DNA of 64,000 bases from Octopus vulgaris (Eukaryota), in contig OX597837.1 in the NCBI GenBank assembly GCA_951406725.2, positions 11,594,001 through 11,658,000 of the forward strand, written 5' to 3'. Of this stretch, positions 27,356 through 40,756 are shown in pieces. The notes beneath the pieces were generated by a model. It made no database searches. It saw only the letters and a program-made list of their open reading frames with translations, and was not told the origin of the DNA. Made by a program: the position numbers and the translations under genes. Positions within the stretch are counted from its first letter, which is position 1. Each line of letters begins with the position of its first letter.

Positions 27356-27552
27356 AAGAAGAATATATATATATATCACTTGATTTTACCATGTTGAATC
27401 GTATCACTTGATTTTACCATGTTGAATTGGTGAATCTATTGGTGCCAATTAATCTTGCACGCATTACATATACATTACACACGCGCGCCAACAGCTCTAC
27501 GCGCGCGCGCACATGCGTATCTATGTATCTGTGCATGTATACACCCGTATAC

Positions 27553-27599
<47 letters not shown>

Positions 27600-27601
<2 letters not shown>

Positions 27602-28006
27602 CGCAGGAGTGGCTGTGTGGTAAGTAGCTTGTTTACCAACCACATGGTTCAGGGTTCAGTCCCACTGCGTGGCACCCTGGGCAAGTGTCTTCTACTATAG
27701 CCTCGGGCCGACCAAAGTTTTGTGAGTTGATTTGGTAGACGGAAACTGAAAGAAGCCCGTCGTATATATGTATATATATATGCGTTTGTGTGTTTGTGTA
27801 TCTGTGTTTGTCCCCCTAGCATTGCTTGACAACCGATGCTGGTGTGTTTACGTCCCCGTCACTTAGCGGTTCGGCAAAAAGAGACCGATAGAATAAGTAC
27901 TGGGCTTACAAAAAAGAAAAAGTCCCGGGGTCGAGTTGCCCGATTAAAGGCGGTGCTCCAGCATGGCTGCAGTCAAATGACTGAAACAAGTCAAAGAATA
28001 AAAGAG
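27600..28006 (+). mobile_element. SINE family A
   Basis: Full length. Confidence 0.92.
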
Positions 28007-28157
28007 TATATATAAATAAATATATATATATATACATATATATGTATATATGTGTGTATATGTATACACGTGTGTGCGTGGATGTATATATATATATATA
28101 TATATATATGAGTGCTGTGCGTGTATACACATACATGCATATATACATACATACACA

Positions 28158-28236
28158 TTTGCATACTTTATCTAAAGAACATTTGTCTGTTATTCTGCAC
28201 GAACATACTGTGTCTATAAGAGCGTGTTTGGAGATG
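28158..28236 (-). pseudogene. Penelope-like Cys-rich linker fragment
   Basis: DTVCSCRITDKCSLDKVC, homologous to 32577-32630. Confidence 0.65.
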
Positions 28237-28885
28237 TTTGGATGAAAGAAAGGCGAATACATGTTTTTCTGTACGTGTATGCCTCCATACATGTATGCTT
28301 TTTTGTGTGGGTGTTTGTATTTCAGCAATTCGCTTTGAAATAGCTACGTTCCAAGTTCGATCAAACCATGTGCTCACGGCTGTTTTTTTTTATTTTTTGT
28401 AACATATGCACATGAAACGACATCAGATGAAATACCAGTCTGTATAATATTTTGTTACGTGTGTGTGTGTGTGTCTAAACGTCGATTGCTGTTATGTAAT
28501 ATTCTGTCAGAGACATTTTTGTTTAAAGTTTGGTGCTACAAAATACAGAGTTCGCTCAGAATATCATCGGAACCTTCATCATCGCTGTTTCGATCTCATC
28601 TGGTCCACTTCGTGGCTAATACTCTCGGACATTCGGTGCAAACCCAACAAATATTCTTCCATTAATTAGAACCCTCACTGATTTGTATCAAAGCCGGCCA
28701 GGCTAATATTAAATTAACATAAGTACTTGAAATAATATTAGGTTTAAAATGAGAATATCTATAATATTCATTGTGTACTTTAAACTTTCAAGTACGTGCA
28801 TTAATTTAATCTTAAACAGGCTGACTTTCCCGCAAATCAGTTACTGCTTTGCTGAAAGATTTCTATATCGGAACGAATAATTTTC

Positions 28886-29378
28886 GGCAGGCGTGGCTGT
28901 GTGGTAAGAAACTTGCTTCTCAACCACATGGTTCCGAGTTCAGCCTCATTGCGTGGCCCTTGGGGCAAGTGTCTTCTACTATAACCTTGAGCCGATCAAA
29001 GGTTTGTGAGTGATTTTGGTAGACGGAAACTGAAAAACGCTCGTCGTGTATATATATATATATATATATATATAAAGTAGGTGAATGAATTATCCTATGT
29101 TTATCGTCAGTAAAGGAATTTTGTTAACATCTTCGTTCGACTCCATTCTTTCATTTATTTATATATATATATATATTGGTGTGAGTGCATTTGTCCCACC
29201 ACCACCACTTGGCAACCGATGCTGGTGTGTTTACGTCCCTGTAACTTAGCGTTTCGGCAAAAGAGAACAATAGAATAAGTACTAGGCCTACAAAGGCTAG
29301 GCCCTAGGGTTGATTTGTTCCACTAAATGCGGTGCTCCAGCATTGCCACACTCAAATGACTGAAACAAATAAAAGAAT
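28886..29378 (+). mobile_element. SINE family A, diverged, with internal insertion
   Basis: Head, body and tail motifs present. Confidence 0.8.
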
Positions 29379-29412
29379 ATAAGAATAAGCTAAGAATGTG
29401 TGGATGTATTCG

Positions 29413-29451
29413 TCACTGAGGAGACGAAATATAGTCGAAACGCTGTGTCTG
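29413..29451 (+). ncRNA. Hammerhead core remnant
   Basis: ca CUGAGGA GAC-GAAAUAUA-GUC GAAAC-GCUGU-GUC ug; stem I only about 2 bp because the 3' side runs into (TGTA)n. Confidence 0.55.
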
Positions 29452-29490
29452 TATGTATGTATGTATGTATGTATATGTACGTGCATATAT

Positions 29491-29556
<66 letters not shown>

Positions 29557-29774
29557 ATAGATAGGAAAAAGAATGAATATATATATATACACATATATAT
29601 ATATACATAGTAAGACAGCGCAATACAAACACACACACACACACACTCACATCCCACGCGCACTCGAACACAAACAAACATTCATTAATATTATAATTAC
29701 TCATGTGAACACATCAGGATTACTTAAATACACCCTCGACGCTCAGACATATGTACACAGATAAACATAAATAC

Positions 29775-29816
<42 letters not shown>

Positions 29817-29843
29817 ATATTTCTATTATATATATAATTTTAA

Positions 29844-29900
<57 letters not shown>

Positions 29901-30045
29901 ATGTATGAGTGTATGTATGTGTGTGTGTATGTATGTTCGTGTTCTCGTATGCTTGTGTGAGTGCATAATTCTGGACACGTGTGTACAGAATTATGCGTTC
30001 ACACAAGCAAACGGGAACACGAACATATATAACACACACATACAT

Positions 30046-30080
<35 letters not shown>

Positions 30081-30973
30081 TACATACACACATACATACA
30101 CACATACATACACACACACATACATACACACATACATACATAAATACATACATACATACACATACATACATACATACATACATACATACACACATACACA
30201 CATACACACATACATACATACATACATACATACACACATACACACATACATACATACATACATACATACATACATACATACATACATACATACATACACA
30301 CACACATACATACACACATACACACATACATACACACATACATACATTCATACATACATACATACACACATACACACATACATACATACATACAGACTGG
30401 CACACACACACACCGATGCCTGCGCGCTCAATCGTATTCCTGTGCAGACCATAGCAACACGAACGTATGTCACTGTTAAAGTGCACAAATACGCTCTTAC
30501 ACACACATTCACAAACACACGCACATGCATGATTTCAATCATACAGACGCGCACTTAGGCACACGAACGCAATTAACTCACGTAATTACACAAATACACA
30601 CGCACACGTACGCATACACGCGCCTGTTTACACACATACTCATATTTACACACATCATAAAGAAATTAAATTATTTCGGAATATTTCATAGACACACAAA
30701 ACATCCACCTGGGGCGGAAGGGTTGAATGCCGATGCATAATGATTTGAACACGTGATAGACTGCTGGACACCAACCGTATCAGGTTAGTCATAATCAGAT
30801 CCTCTGATGGCTTCTAAAGGTCTATGAAGGTCTCGGGCACTGCCCCGCCATCCGGAGTGAAATATTAAACTATTAAGAATAAAAAGCTATCGTGGAGTCC
30901 GGTTGTCTGAGTAAATTCCGGATTCTGCTCAGGGTTTTGATAGTTATTATTTAACTTTTAACTGTGGTTTTGT

Positions 30974-31290
30974 GAAGGCGCGTGGTTAAGTGGTGAGGGT
31001 AATCTGCTCGCTATTGTGAGGTCCTGAGTTAGATCTCCGACGGTGCGATGTGTCCTTGAGCAAGACACTTTACTTCACATTGCCCCAGTCCACTCAGCTG
31101 GCAAAAATGAGTAGTACCTGTATTTCAAAGGGCTGGCCTTGTCACACTCTATGTCACGCTGAATCTCCCCGAGAACTACATTAAGGGTACCCGTGTCTGT
31201 GGGGTGCTCAGCCACTTACACGTTAGTTTCACGAGCTGGCTGTTCCGTTGATCAACTGGAACCTTCATCATCGCAACCGACGGAGGGTAG
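30974..31290 (+). mobile_element. SINE family F (CORE-like domain)
   Basis: tRNA-like head, gtccttgagcaagacactt, ccagtccactcagctgg; partial second copy at 31755-32005. Confidence 0.75.
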
Positions 31291-31324
31291 TTCAGGGTAT
31301 TTTGCTCACGATAGTGTGTTAATA

Positions 31325-31741
31325 GGCGTAGGAGTGGCTGTGTGGTAAGTAGCTTGCTCACAAACCACATGGTTCCGGGTTCAGTCCCATTGCGTGGCAC
31401 CTTGGGCAAGTGTCTTCAACTATAGCCTCGGGTCGACCAAAGCTTTGAGTGGATTTGGTAGACGGAAACTGAAAGAAGCCCATCGTATATATGTATATGT
31501 ATCTATATGTGTATGTATATGTTTGTGTGTTTGTGTTTGTCCCCCCAACATCGCTTGACAACCGATGCTGGTGTGTTTACGTCACCGTAACTTAGCGGTT
31601 CGGCTAGAGAGACCGATAGAATAAGTTCTAGGCTTACAAAGAATGCGTCCTGGGGTCGATTTGCTCGACTAAAGGTGGTGCTCCTGCATGGCCACAGTCA
31701 AATGACTGAAACAAGGAAAAGGGTAAAAAGAGTAAAGAGTA
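31325..31741 (+). mobile_element. SINE family A
   Basis: Full length. Confidence 0.92.
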
Positions 31742-31754
31742 AATACCTGATGGC

Positions 31755-32005
31755 AAGTTGTTTCCTTGAGCAAGACACTTTATTTCCCGTTGCTCCTGTC
31801 CCCTCAGCAGGCAAAAATTAGTTTTCTCTGTCATTCAAAGGGGACCAGCCTTGTCCCATTCTTTGCCATGCTGAATCTCCCTGAGAACTATGCTAAACGT
31901 ACACGTGTCTGCGGAGTTCTCAACCACTTGCACGTTAATTTCATGAGCACGCTGTTCCGTTGATCGGATAAACTAGAGCGCTCGTCGTCGAAACCGACGG
32001 AATGG
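31755..32005 (+). mobile_element. SINE family F, headless
   Basis: Matches about 31050-31290. Confidence 0.7.
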
Positions 32006-32576
32006 CAGTTTACTGTGGCTATTGTTAATATTGTTTATTTTAGCAAATCGTGCTATAGTACTTTTTTTTATATATATTTGATGCTTTTTCTATTATATTT
32101 TTTGTTGTGGTTTCTGCTGTCTCTGTTTCATTTGTTGTTTTTCCAGCTGTCGTTGTTGCTGAGTCTGCTGTTGTTTCCCCCAGACCCTCTCTCAACAGAA
32201 AAATCTATAATCAAAGGCGTTCCAATCATGATCCACATATCGGTTTTTCGTTTTTTCGTGTTTGCTTTTAGACAGAGCTTTCTATCAAAGACTACAACGC
32301 TCAGCAAGTCATTCACACTTTTTTAAGAGCGCCGGGTATTATTTTAAAGGAAGCTTCACTGCAGTTTTTAACGCTTCGGATTATCACATAGACGCTTTCT
32401 TTGGGGAAATTTTGTGGGCCAGGGCCGTAACTCTGTAAGAGTACCAGGCTGTATTCACTTTCTGTGTATTATGTATACTTAAAAGAAAAGACCAAAATTT
32501 ATCTGAAAATTCTTCCAGAAATATCTTATGCTCCACACAAGAATCATTAACCACATCTAAAATCGTTACAATTATA

Positions 32577-32790
32577 GACTCAGTATGTTCGTGCAGAATA
32601 AAAGTCAGATGTTCTTTAGACAAAGTATGCAATATTTCGTTAGTTTCCTTCGATGCTGTCACCACAACCTCGCCGAATCAAGTGATAAGTTACATCGGTA
32701 TGATGCAGGGCAGATTTAAGCAAAGATTCTATAACCATTGGTCGTCATCATTCAACTATCCGCAGAAGAGGACACCCACAGTATTGCACA
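32577..32790 (+). pseudogene. Penelope-like element GIY-YIG endonuclease fragment
   Basis: One frame reads DSVCSCRIKVRCSLDKVCNISLVSFDAVTTTSPNQVISYIGMMQGRFKQRFYNHWSSSFNYPQKRTPTVL (CxCR..C..C / YIG..FKxRxxNH..SF pattern); not in the ORF track. Confidence 0.78.
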
Positions 32791-33049
32791 TCTGTGTCTT
32801 TCTACATTTGTATCTTTGTGTGTCTGTGTTTTGATAAGTGTGTCTTGGGGCATTTTGTCTGTAGCAGCGTAAGATAGTCATCAAAAATATTTTATATAAT
32901 TTTTTCATTCTTATAAATTTATCTTGATATTGTGAATTAAAATGTGTTTATAATTTAGATTAATGGCTTTAAACAATGCATTTTGATTAAATTTTTTGGG
33001 TAAATTTTTATTTTATTTTTATTATTGTGTGCTGAGGAGTTGTGAAGTG

Positions 33050-33580
33050 GGGGTCGGTGGTGGTAGTGATGTAGCTGCTGACGGTGGTGGTGTCATTGTT
33101 CTTGTTGGGTATTTTGCTGTTGTTTGAAGTGGTGTTGGTGGTGGCGCTAGTGATGATGCTGCTAACGGTACAGATGGTGCTGGTAGTGGAAGTTCTAGTG
33201 GAGAAGATGCCGGAAGTACTGTTGATGGTAGTGATGGTGCTGATGCTGCTCGTGGTGGTGCGGTGGTGGTAAGGTGGTGGTGGTGGTGGTATGGTGGTGG
33301 TTGGTGGTATGATGGTGGTGGTGGTGGTGGAGGTATAGTAGTGGTGGTGTTGGTATGGTGGTGGTGGAGGTATGGTGGTGTTGGTGGCGGTGGTGTTGGT
33401 GGCGTGGTGGTGGTGGTGGTGGTATGGTACGGTGGTGGTGGTAATAGTAGCTGTGATGCTGCTGCTGCTATTATTGATGTTGCTGTTGGTGATGGTTGTG
33501 CTACTACTGTTGCTGTTGTTGTTGTCGTCGTTGTCATCATTGTTGGTGGTGGGGGAGGTTGTGGTGGTGGTGGTGGGGTG
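33050..33580. repeat. (GGT/GAT/GCT)n low-complexity tract
   Basis: Direct reading. Confidence 0.9.
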
Positions 33581-33786
33581 AGGGTTCCAGCATTGAATGT
33601 ATATATATAAAGGACACTAACTGAATTATTTAAGTGATTCTAAGCTAAAAAATGGCGATGACAAACACCTATTCGGTTGCTTGACATACTAGAAAGAGCA
33701 GTTGAAACCAACCTTGAACAGCTTAAATACTGTAGCTTAAACTGACAGTTGAAACACAATCATACAAACCCCTTTACATATATATA

Positions 33787-34192
33787 GGCGCAGGAATGGC
33801 TGTGTGGTAAGTAGCTTGCTTACCAACCACATGGTTCCGGGTTCAGTCCCACTGCGTGGCACCTTGGGCGAGTGTCTTCTACTATAGCCTCGGGCCGACC
33901 AATGCCTTGTGAGTGGATTTGGTAGATGGAAACTGAAAGAAGCCCGTCGCATATATGTGTATATATATGTGTGTGTGTATGTTTGTGTGTTTGTGTTTGT
34001 CCCCCTAGCATCGCTTGACAACCGATGCTGGTGTGTTTACGTCCCGGTCACTTAGCGGTTCGGCAAAACAGACCGATAGAATAAGTACTGGGCTTACAAA
34101 AGAATAAGTCCCTGGGTCGATCTACTCGACTAAAGGTGGTGCTCCAGCATAGTCGCAGTCAAATGACTGAAACAAGTAAAAGAGTAAAGGAG
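33787..34192 (+). mobile_element. SINE family A
   Basis: Full length. Confidence 0.92.
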
Positions 34193-34204
34193 TATATAAT
34201 AACA

Positions 34205-34448
34205 ATTTAATAAATAAAACATGCATATATACATACATATATGTACATACCTACATCTATATGGATATATACATGCATATATGAGTACAGGACACCACAA
34301 ATAAACGTAGAACACAACGAGAAACGAAAACATAAAATCAAACAAGGAAACGGACTTTTTTTAACAACGAAAAAACAGAGTACAAGACAAACAATACAAG
34401 GAATATTCCCCTTCATCAGCTGCCCGTTTCGACTCAGTGCGTGTTTCC

Positions 34449-34450
<2 letters not shown>
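34205..34450 (-). mobile_element. TA-associated repeat (Penelope-like end) with cagctgatgaagg motif
   Basis: Homologous in reverse to 38930-39240. Confidence 0.55.
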
Positions 34451-34480
<30 letters not shown>

Positions 34481-34510
34481 TATGGGGGGGTGTAGATAGA
34501 TAGATAGATA

Positions 34511-34567
<57 letters not shown>

Positions 34568-34580
34568 GTTGGTTGGTTGG

Positions 34581-34611
<31 letters not shown>

Positions 34612-34612
34612 G

Positions 34613-34643
<31 letters not shown>

Positions 34644-34652
34644 GTTGATTGG

Positions 34653-34696
<44 letters not shown>

Positions 34697-35141
34697 GATT
34701 TAAATCCTTCTTATATTATCTTTTGCATATCGTATTTGTACGTTGAACGGTGAATTTAGTTTCATATTTTCTTAGAGAAAAGAATTCCACATCACATTCA
34801 AATAAATTAATTTAATAACTTCAACGAATATTTATGTAATTATTGTAATTATTATTATGGTAATGTTTTCTAGTGTTACTATGGAAACAAAGGTAAAATA
34901 TGTGAAATTTTTAAATATTCATCAGATCGTTCGTTTCGAATTCTGGTTAATATTCTGCAGCGAACATTGACTTCAGCCATTTTTGAATAATATGTAATAT
35001 TATCCCTCCTATTGCTGTGGCATTGAAATGAAGATACATTAAACTTTAATGACATGGTAAAGAATTAAGCTCTAGAATTCTGAGTGTGTGTGTGTGTGTG
35101 CAATCACCTAAGCAATGATTGTGTGTGTGCGCGCATGCGAA

Positions 35142-35495
35142 TCAAGTCGATTATATCAACCCCAGTGCGTAACTGGTACTTATTTAATCGACCCCGAAAG
35201 GATGAAAGGCAAAGTCGACCTCGGCGGAATTTGAACTCACAACGTAACGGCAGACGAAATACCTATTTCTTTACTACCCACAAGGGGCTAAACACAGAGA
35301 GGACAAACAAGGACAGACAAAGGGATTAAGTCGATTATATCGACCCCAGTGCGTAACTGGTACTTATTTAATCGACCCCGAAAGGATGAAAGGCAAAGTC
35401 GACCTCGGCGGAATTTGAACACAGAACGTAACGGCAAACGAAATACGGCTACGCATTTCGCCCGACGTGCTAACGTTTCTGCCACCCCGCCGCCT
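35142..35495 (-). mobile_element. SINE family B with tandem extra body unit
   Basis: Junction gaaatacctatttc at 35256-35269. Confidence 0.88.
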
Positions 35496-36202
35496 TATAT
35501 TTAAGGTTTATACCTGTAAGTCTACATATACTAATCCAGCATAGAGGAAAGACCTATAGAATCGGTTCAAAGTTTTTAAAAAATGTTTTTTCGTATAATG
35601 TGGGCATTTGAACTTTAGTTTGTCTAATCTATTAATAACCTCGCTCGTGCATTTTAAGACTTCCAACGATTCCATAAAGCAGAAGTGACAACTATGTCTT
35701 TCGCTAACAAGCGGTTTAGCGTATCTTGCGACGCTCCCGGTAGATTGAGAGGCACGTAGGTAGGTAGACAGATAGGTAGGTAGGCAGGTAAGTAGGTAGG
35801 TAGGCAGGTAAGTAGATAGGTAGGTGGGTAGGTAGATAGGTTGGTAGGCAGGCAGGCAGTTAAGTAGGTAGGTAGGTAAGTAGGTAGGTAGGCAGGTAAG
35901 TAGATAGGTAGGTGGGTAGGTAGATAGGTTGGTAGGCAGGCAGGCAGTTAAGTAGGTAGGTAGGTAAGTAGGTAGGTAGGAAGGCAGGTAAGTATGCAGG
36001 TATTTGTTAAGAGTTACTTTTTACCTTCAATCTCAAACTAAATTATATTACTTTGCAGAAAACCACTGAGTAAGCTGTCGTTTTAATGAGATATGTTTTA
36101 GATACTGCTATACGTAAAAGCAAACAGTTTACAAGCATAGATACGTGTTGTTCATCTTGAAATAAAACTGCTCAATGACATACATACATATACATACTTA
36201 AG

Positions 36203-36241
<39 letters not shown>

Positions 36242-37067
36242 TTTGTGTGTGCGTATGTGTGTGTGTGCGTGTGTGTGTATGTGGTTAAACAGGTATACAT
36301 ATATGCATACGTACATAAAAATGTTTGCTTTCATGCAATATATAATGACAAACATTAACTTGAAGGCCTACTTAATTACACATGCACGCACACACACACA
36401 TGCACGCACACACACACTCACGCACACACGCATACACATAGCGATAAAATGAGAGAGAGAGAGTGGTAAAATGACATAAACCGAAATAAGAATTCAAAAA
36501 TTCAAACAAATTCTAATTTCCGTTTATTAAAAGAATTAAGAGAACTAGTGTCATGGTGAAAAACAAAACAAGCAGATGCATATAACATCGCTGAACGTTA
36601 TGGTAGTAGTATGGCTAAATGGAAGGGAAAAGTTTGCTTCGGTTAGAACATTTTAAATAAATTAAATTACAATTAACCGCAGGTGGCATATTTCAAAAAC
36701 ACGTATTTACATAAAAATTCGATCGAGTTGCAGGTTTTGCTTGTGGTGGATGTATGTGAGAAGGATAAATTTAGAATATCGGCTTTAAAAAATAGTTCAT
36801 TATGTTCAGAAAAATATTACACAAATAAATATATCGTGAGCACAGCTTGAATAAGTAGATTTTAAAAGAATGTTGCTCTTTGAGGGGAAAAAAAATCTTA
36901 CATATGCTGAGATCTACAAAAGCGATAACCACAAATATATATTTAGATTTTTAGATATCTGTATTCATTATATAATGTAGTTCAATGGAGAGGAAAAAAA
37001 GACACCGCATCGGCGCAAGCATGGTTGTGTAATACAGGAGTTCAATTTAAATAAATACATTTCATGT

Positions 37068-37580
37068 AGGAACATGGAACGACGAGGAACATGGAGCGAC
37101 GAGGAACATGGAATGACAAGGAACATGGAACGACGAGGAACATGGAACGACGAGGAACATGGAACGACGAGGAACACGGAACGACGAGGAACATGGAATA
37201 CGAGGAACATGCAACGAAGAACATGGAACATGGAACGACGAGGAACATAGAGCGACGAGGAACATGGAGCGACGAGGAACATGGAACGACGAGGAACATG
37301 GAGCGACGCAGAACATGGAACATAGAGCGACGAGGAACATGGAACATGGAACAAGGAACATGGAACGACGAAGAACATGGAGCGACGAAGAACATGGAAC
37401 ATGGAACGACGAAGAACATGGAGCGACGAAGAACATGGAACATGGAACGACAAGGAACATAGAACGACGAAGAACATGGAGCGACGAAGAACGTGGAGCG
37501 ACGAGGAACATGGAACGACGAGGAACATGGAACGACGAGGTACATGGAACGACGAGGAACATGGAACGACGAGGAACATG
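37068..37580. repeat. 17-bp minisatellite (ggaacatggaacgacga)n with 7-bp subunit
   Basis: About 30 imperfect units. Confidence 0.92.
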
Positions 37581-37914
37581 TAATCAGCCTCAAGGATGTC
37601 TGATGAATCGTGTGATGGCTTTGTGCACCGTCGAGCTCACTTTCTTGTCCGTAACAATCCAAATCTCAAGATCAGGTCAAGACGGCTGAGAGTGGAGACG
37701 GATGCATTGCTGTCTCACTCGCCTCTTCATGCTCTCTACACTCCACAGTTGCAGCAGCCGCCTTACTCTCCGTTGAGCCATGAAGGTTTCTTCCGCAGAG
37801 TTTGCTGGAATTAGAAGTCACGTACATTGGTGGGAGAGCTAATTAACCAATAGCTGGGACACTGACAGCTGCCGCTACTCCGGAACCGTGTGCAGATAAT
37901 TTGCTGACAGACAA

Positions 37915-37983
37915 TTCCCACACGGCCTCAGACTCAACACGGAGGCCTACATCAAATTCCTGGAGGAGGTTGTGCTGCCCTGG
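37915..37983 (+). pseudogene. maT transposase micro-fragment
   Basis: FPHGLRLNTEAYIKFLEEVVLPW aligns with FPQGHRVNSAAYIEALEIIVIPW at about 14482-14550. Confidence 0.7.
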
Positions 37984-37984
37984 T

Positions 37985-38196
37985 CTTTATTGCTCACAAG
38001 GGGCTAAACATAGAGGGGACAAACAAGGACAGATAAACGGATTAAGTCGATTATATCCACCCCAGTGCGTAACTGGTACTTATTTAATCGACCCCGGAAG
38101 GATGAAAGGCAAAATTTGAACTCAGAACGTAACGGCAGACGAAATACGGCTACGCATTTCGCCCGGCGTGCTAACGTTTCTGCCACCTCGCCGCCT
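37985..38196 (-). mobile_element. SINE family B
   Basis: Reverse-complement copy with a small internal deletion. Confidence 0.85.
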
Positions 38197-38764
38197 TTCT
38201 GCATAATTACATATAACGACTCGAGAAGTATATGAAAATAAAATACAGAAAGAATATACGTAGTTTACAAGCTTGAATAAGAGTGTGTGAAGAAAAACAA
38301 ACTAACATCGATATGACGAAGGATGCTATTGTATTTAAAGGAAGTGTGTGACCGAATACATTAGGATGAAAAATTGAATATTAATCATTATACGGTGGCA
38401 TAAAGTTCGTTGAAATGCAATTAAAATAAAGCAGAAATAAAAAGAAAAATGAGGGGGTGTAGTCTAGTCTAGACATTTTTCAATTTATAAAGAATTAACC
38501 TAAATCCGCTTTTGTTTACTTTACAAATAATTATTTTAAACCCGCTTATGTAGATTATTTTTTTTATTACATATTCTTTTGCGGCTTAACTCTTTGATCG
38601 TCTTGAAGTGCTTAGTCAACCAATTCGACACAAACGCGTATTCTTTATTTTGGAGTATGATAATTATACTGTTGCTCTATCGGACTTTTTGGCCGAACCG
38701 CTAAGTTACGAATGCGTAAACTAGCCGAATGTTATGCGGTGTAGTGAAATGCACAGACACATAC

Positions 38765-38813
<49 letters not shown>

Positions 38814-38929
38814 ATTTTTTTCTTGTATTTTATTGTGCAGTTCTTTATTACGTCCCTTTTTGTGTTACATTTTTCTTGCTTGTTTTACCCCTCTGCGAGG
38901 TTATTTTATTTTAATTCTCTCGTAGGAAG

Positions 38930-39340
38930 GCTTAGCATGGCCAGACGTGTCCTGTCTTGCCTTCGAAACACGCTATGTCTGCTAGTGACAGCTGATGAAG
39001 GTGATTTTTCCTTGTGTAGCATGTCCTGTACCTCGTTTTCAAGTTGTACTTAATGTTTTTCCTGTTTTCGTTCTCGTCCTTCTGTTGTAACAAAATGGCT
39101 TTTCCGTTTTCGTTTCTGTTGAGTTTTACGTCTTTTTGTGGTGTCCTGTACATACATATATTTATATATGCATGTATATATACATGTAGATGTCGGTACG
39201 TACATATATGTTTGTATGTATGCATATATTTTATTTATTACACTATATACAATTGTATGTTTGTAATTCACCTGCCTTCGCCTTTTGTTTATTTCCGTAA
39301 ACCTGCCTTCGTCTTTTGTCTATTTTCATAAAGCTTCCCG
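38930..39340 (+). mobile_element. TA-associated repeat (Penelope-like end)
   Basis: Homologous to 34205-34450; ends at (TA)n. Confidence 0.55.
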
Positions 39341-39391
<51 letters not shown>

Positions 39392-39407
39392 AAGAGAGAG
39401 GGGAGCG

Positions 39408-39570
39408 GGCGCAGACGTGGCTGTGTGGTAGGAAGGTTGCTTCCCAACCACATGGTTCCGGGTTCGGGCCCACTGCATGGCACCTTGGGCAAGTGTCTCA
39501 GAACGTAAGGACGGGCGAAATCCCGCTAAGCATTTTGCCCGGTGCGCTAACGATTCTGCCAGCTCGCCAC
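39408..39570. mobile_element. SINE A 5' fragment (+) fused to SINE B 5' fragment (-)
   Basis: Switch at about 39497 (gggcaagtgtct|cagaacgtaagg). Confidence 0.75.
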
Positions 39571-40479
39571 CATATACAACAATAATAATAAATAATAATA
39601 CCTTCTTTATTGGCCACCAGGGCCGAAAGAAGAAGAAGAAGAAGAAGAAGAAGAAGAAGAAGAAGAAGAAGAAGAAGAAGAAGGGGAGGGGGAGGAGGAG
39701 GAGGAGAAAAATAAGAAGAAGAAGGAGAAGAAGAAGAAGAAGAAGAAGAAGAAGAAGAAGAAGAAGAAGAAGAAGAAGAAGGAATGACACTGCTTTTGTT
39801 AAGCTGGACACGTAGAAAATGTTTTGTCCGATAATTTCTGTTGTCGCTGTGTTTGTTGTAATTGTTATTGCTGTTGCTGCTTAGCCACAAGTTATCTCTG
39901 ATCGAGCAGACTTATGATCAGAAATAGTTCCAGCCTTGACCATCACGTCATTTGAAGGGAGATCTAGAACTACATTATCTATTGTCTCTTTTCTGAGCAT
40001 TCTTTTTATTTAAAAACAGTGAGCGTGAAGTGATATTAGAGGAGGATTTGGCTGCTATTTCTAACATATCCAGTGACTATACAGAGTCCACCCTTTTCCC
40101 TCATTACCACATCCTTGTCGATGCTTTATCTGTCTGGTTGTCATCGAAGTTCAAGTAATGTGTCAACTTTCATTTTATTGAATAATCATCTTGCCGAGAA
40201 GATCTTTATGGCTTCTAATTGCTGTTGCTATTGTAATCAAGGTTAATTAGAAATCAAATACTAAACTATAATTGTCATTATCTCCGTGTCACCTTTAATA
40301 TTCTTGCTATATGTAAACTGATAGAGTACCACAACTAAAAAGGAAATTGGAAATAATTGCCGAAGCCTTTAATATAAACCAGCGTAAGAGAGAGAAGCTG
40401 TTATGTACAGGTTAGCAGAAACGTTTGAGTTGTGCGTAAAAAAAAAAGTGCCTTGTGGTATCTGTTCAAACTCTTGAAG

Positions 40480-40756
40480 AGCAAGGAGCTTTCTCTATTA
40501 ACCAAAATGCGGTTCTACAACACGAACGTGCTTTCCTCCATTTTATATGATTGTGAACCATGACACTTGAAAACTAACTGAGAGAAGAAACGTTTGATTT
40601 TGAGAGTAGAAACCTCCAGAAAATACTAGAAAATGAAAAGGTTTTATCAGTAACGAGGTGGTTAGAAGAAGAGCGGAGATCAGTGTCCATCCAGTGTCCG
40701 TCACAATCCGCAAGCGCCGAGGGTGTTGGCTGGAACATGTTGTAAGGCTCTCCAAC
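40480..40756 (+). pseudogene. RTE-clade LINE reverse transcriptase C-terminal fragment
   Basis: TKMRFYNTNVLSSILYDCEP*..FESRNLQKIL..ISNEVVRRR..IRKRRGCWLEHVVR. Confidence 0.75.

Noticed and set aside
33022-33610. Pro/Thr- or Gly/Val-rich ORFs
   Set aside because: GGT-type low-complexity DNA without exon evidence.
36968-37689. Repetitive ORFs on both strands
   Set aside because: 17-bp minisatellite; no unique coding flanks or splice evidence.
37585-37910. GC-richer unique segment, possibly a LINE 5' region or an exon
   Set aside because: No diagnostic motif or second copy seen; left unassigned.
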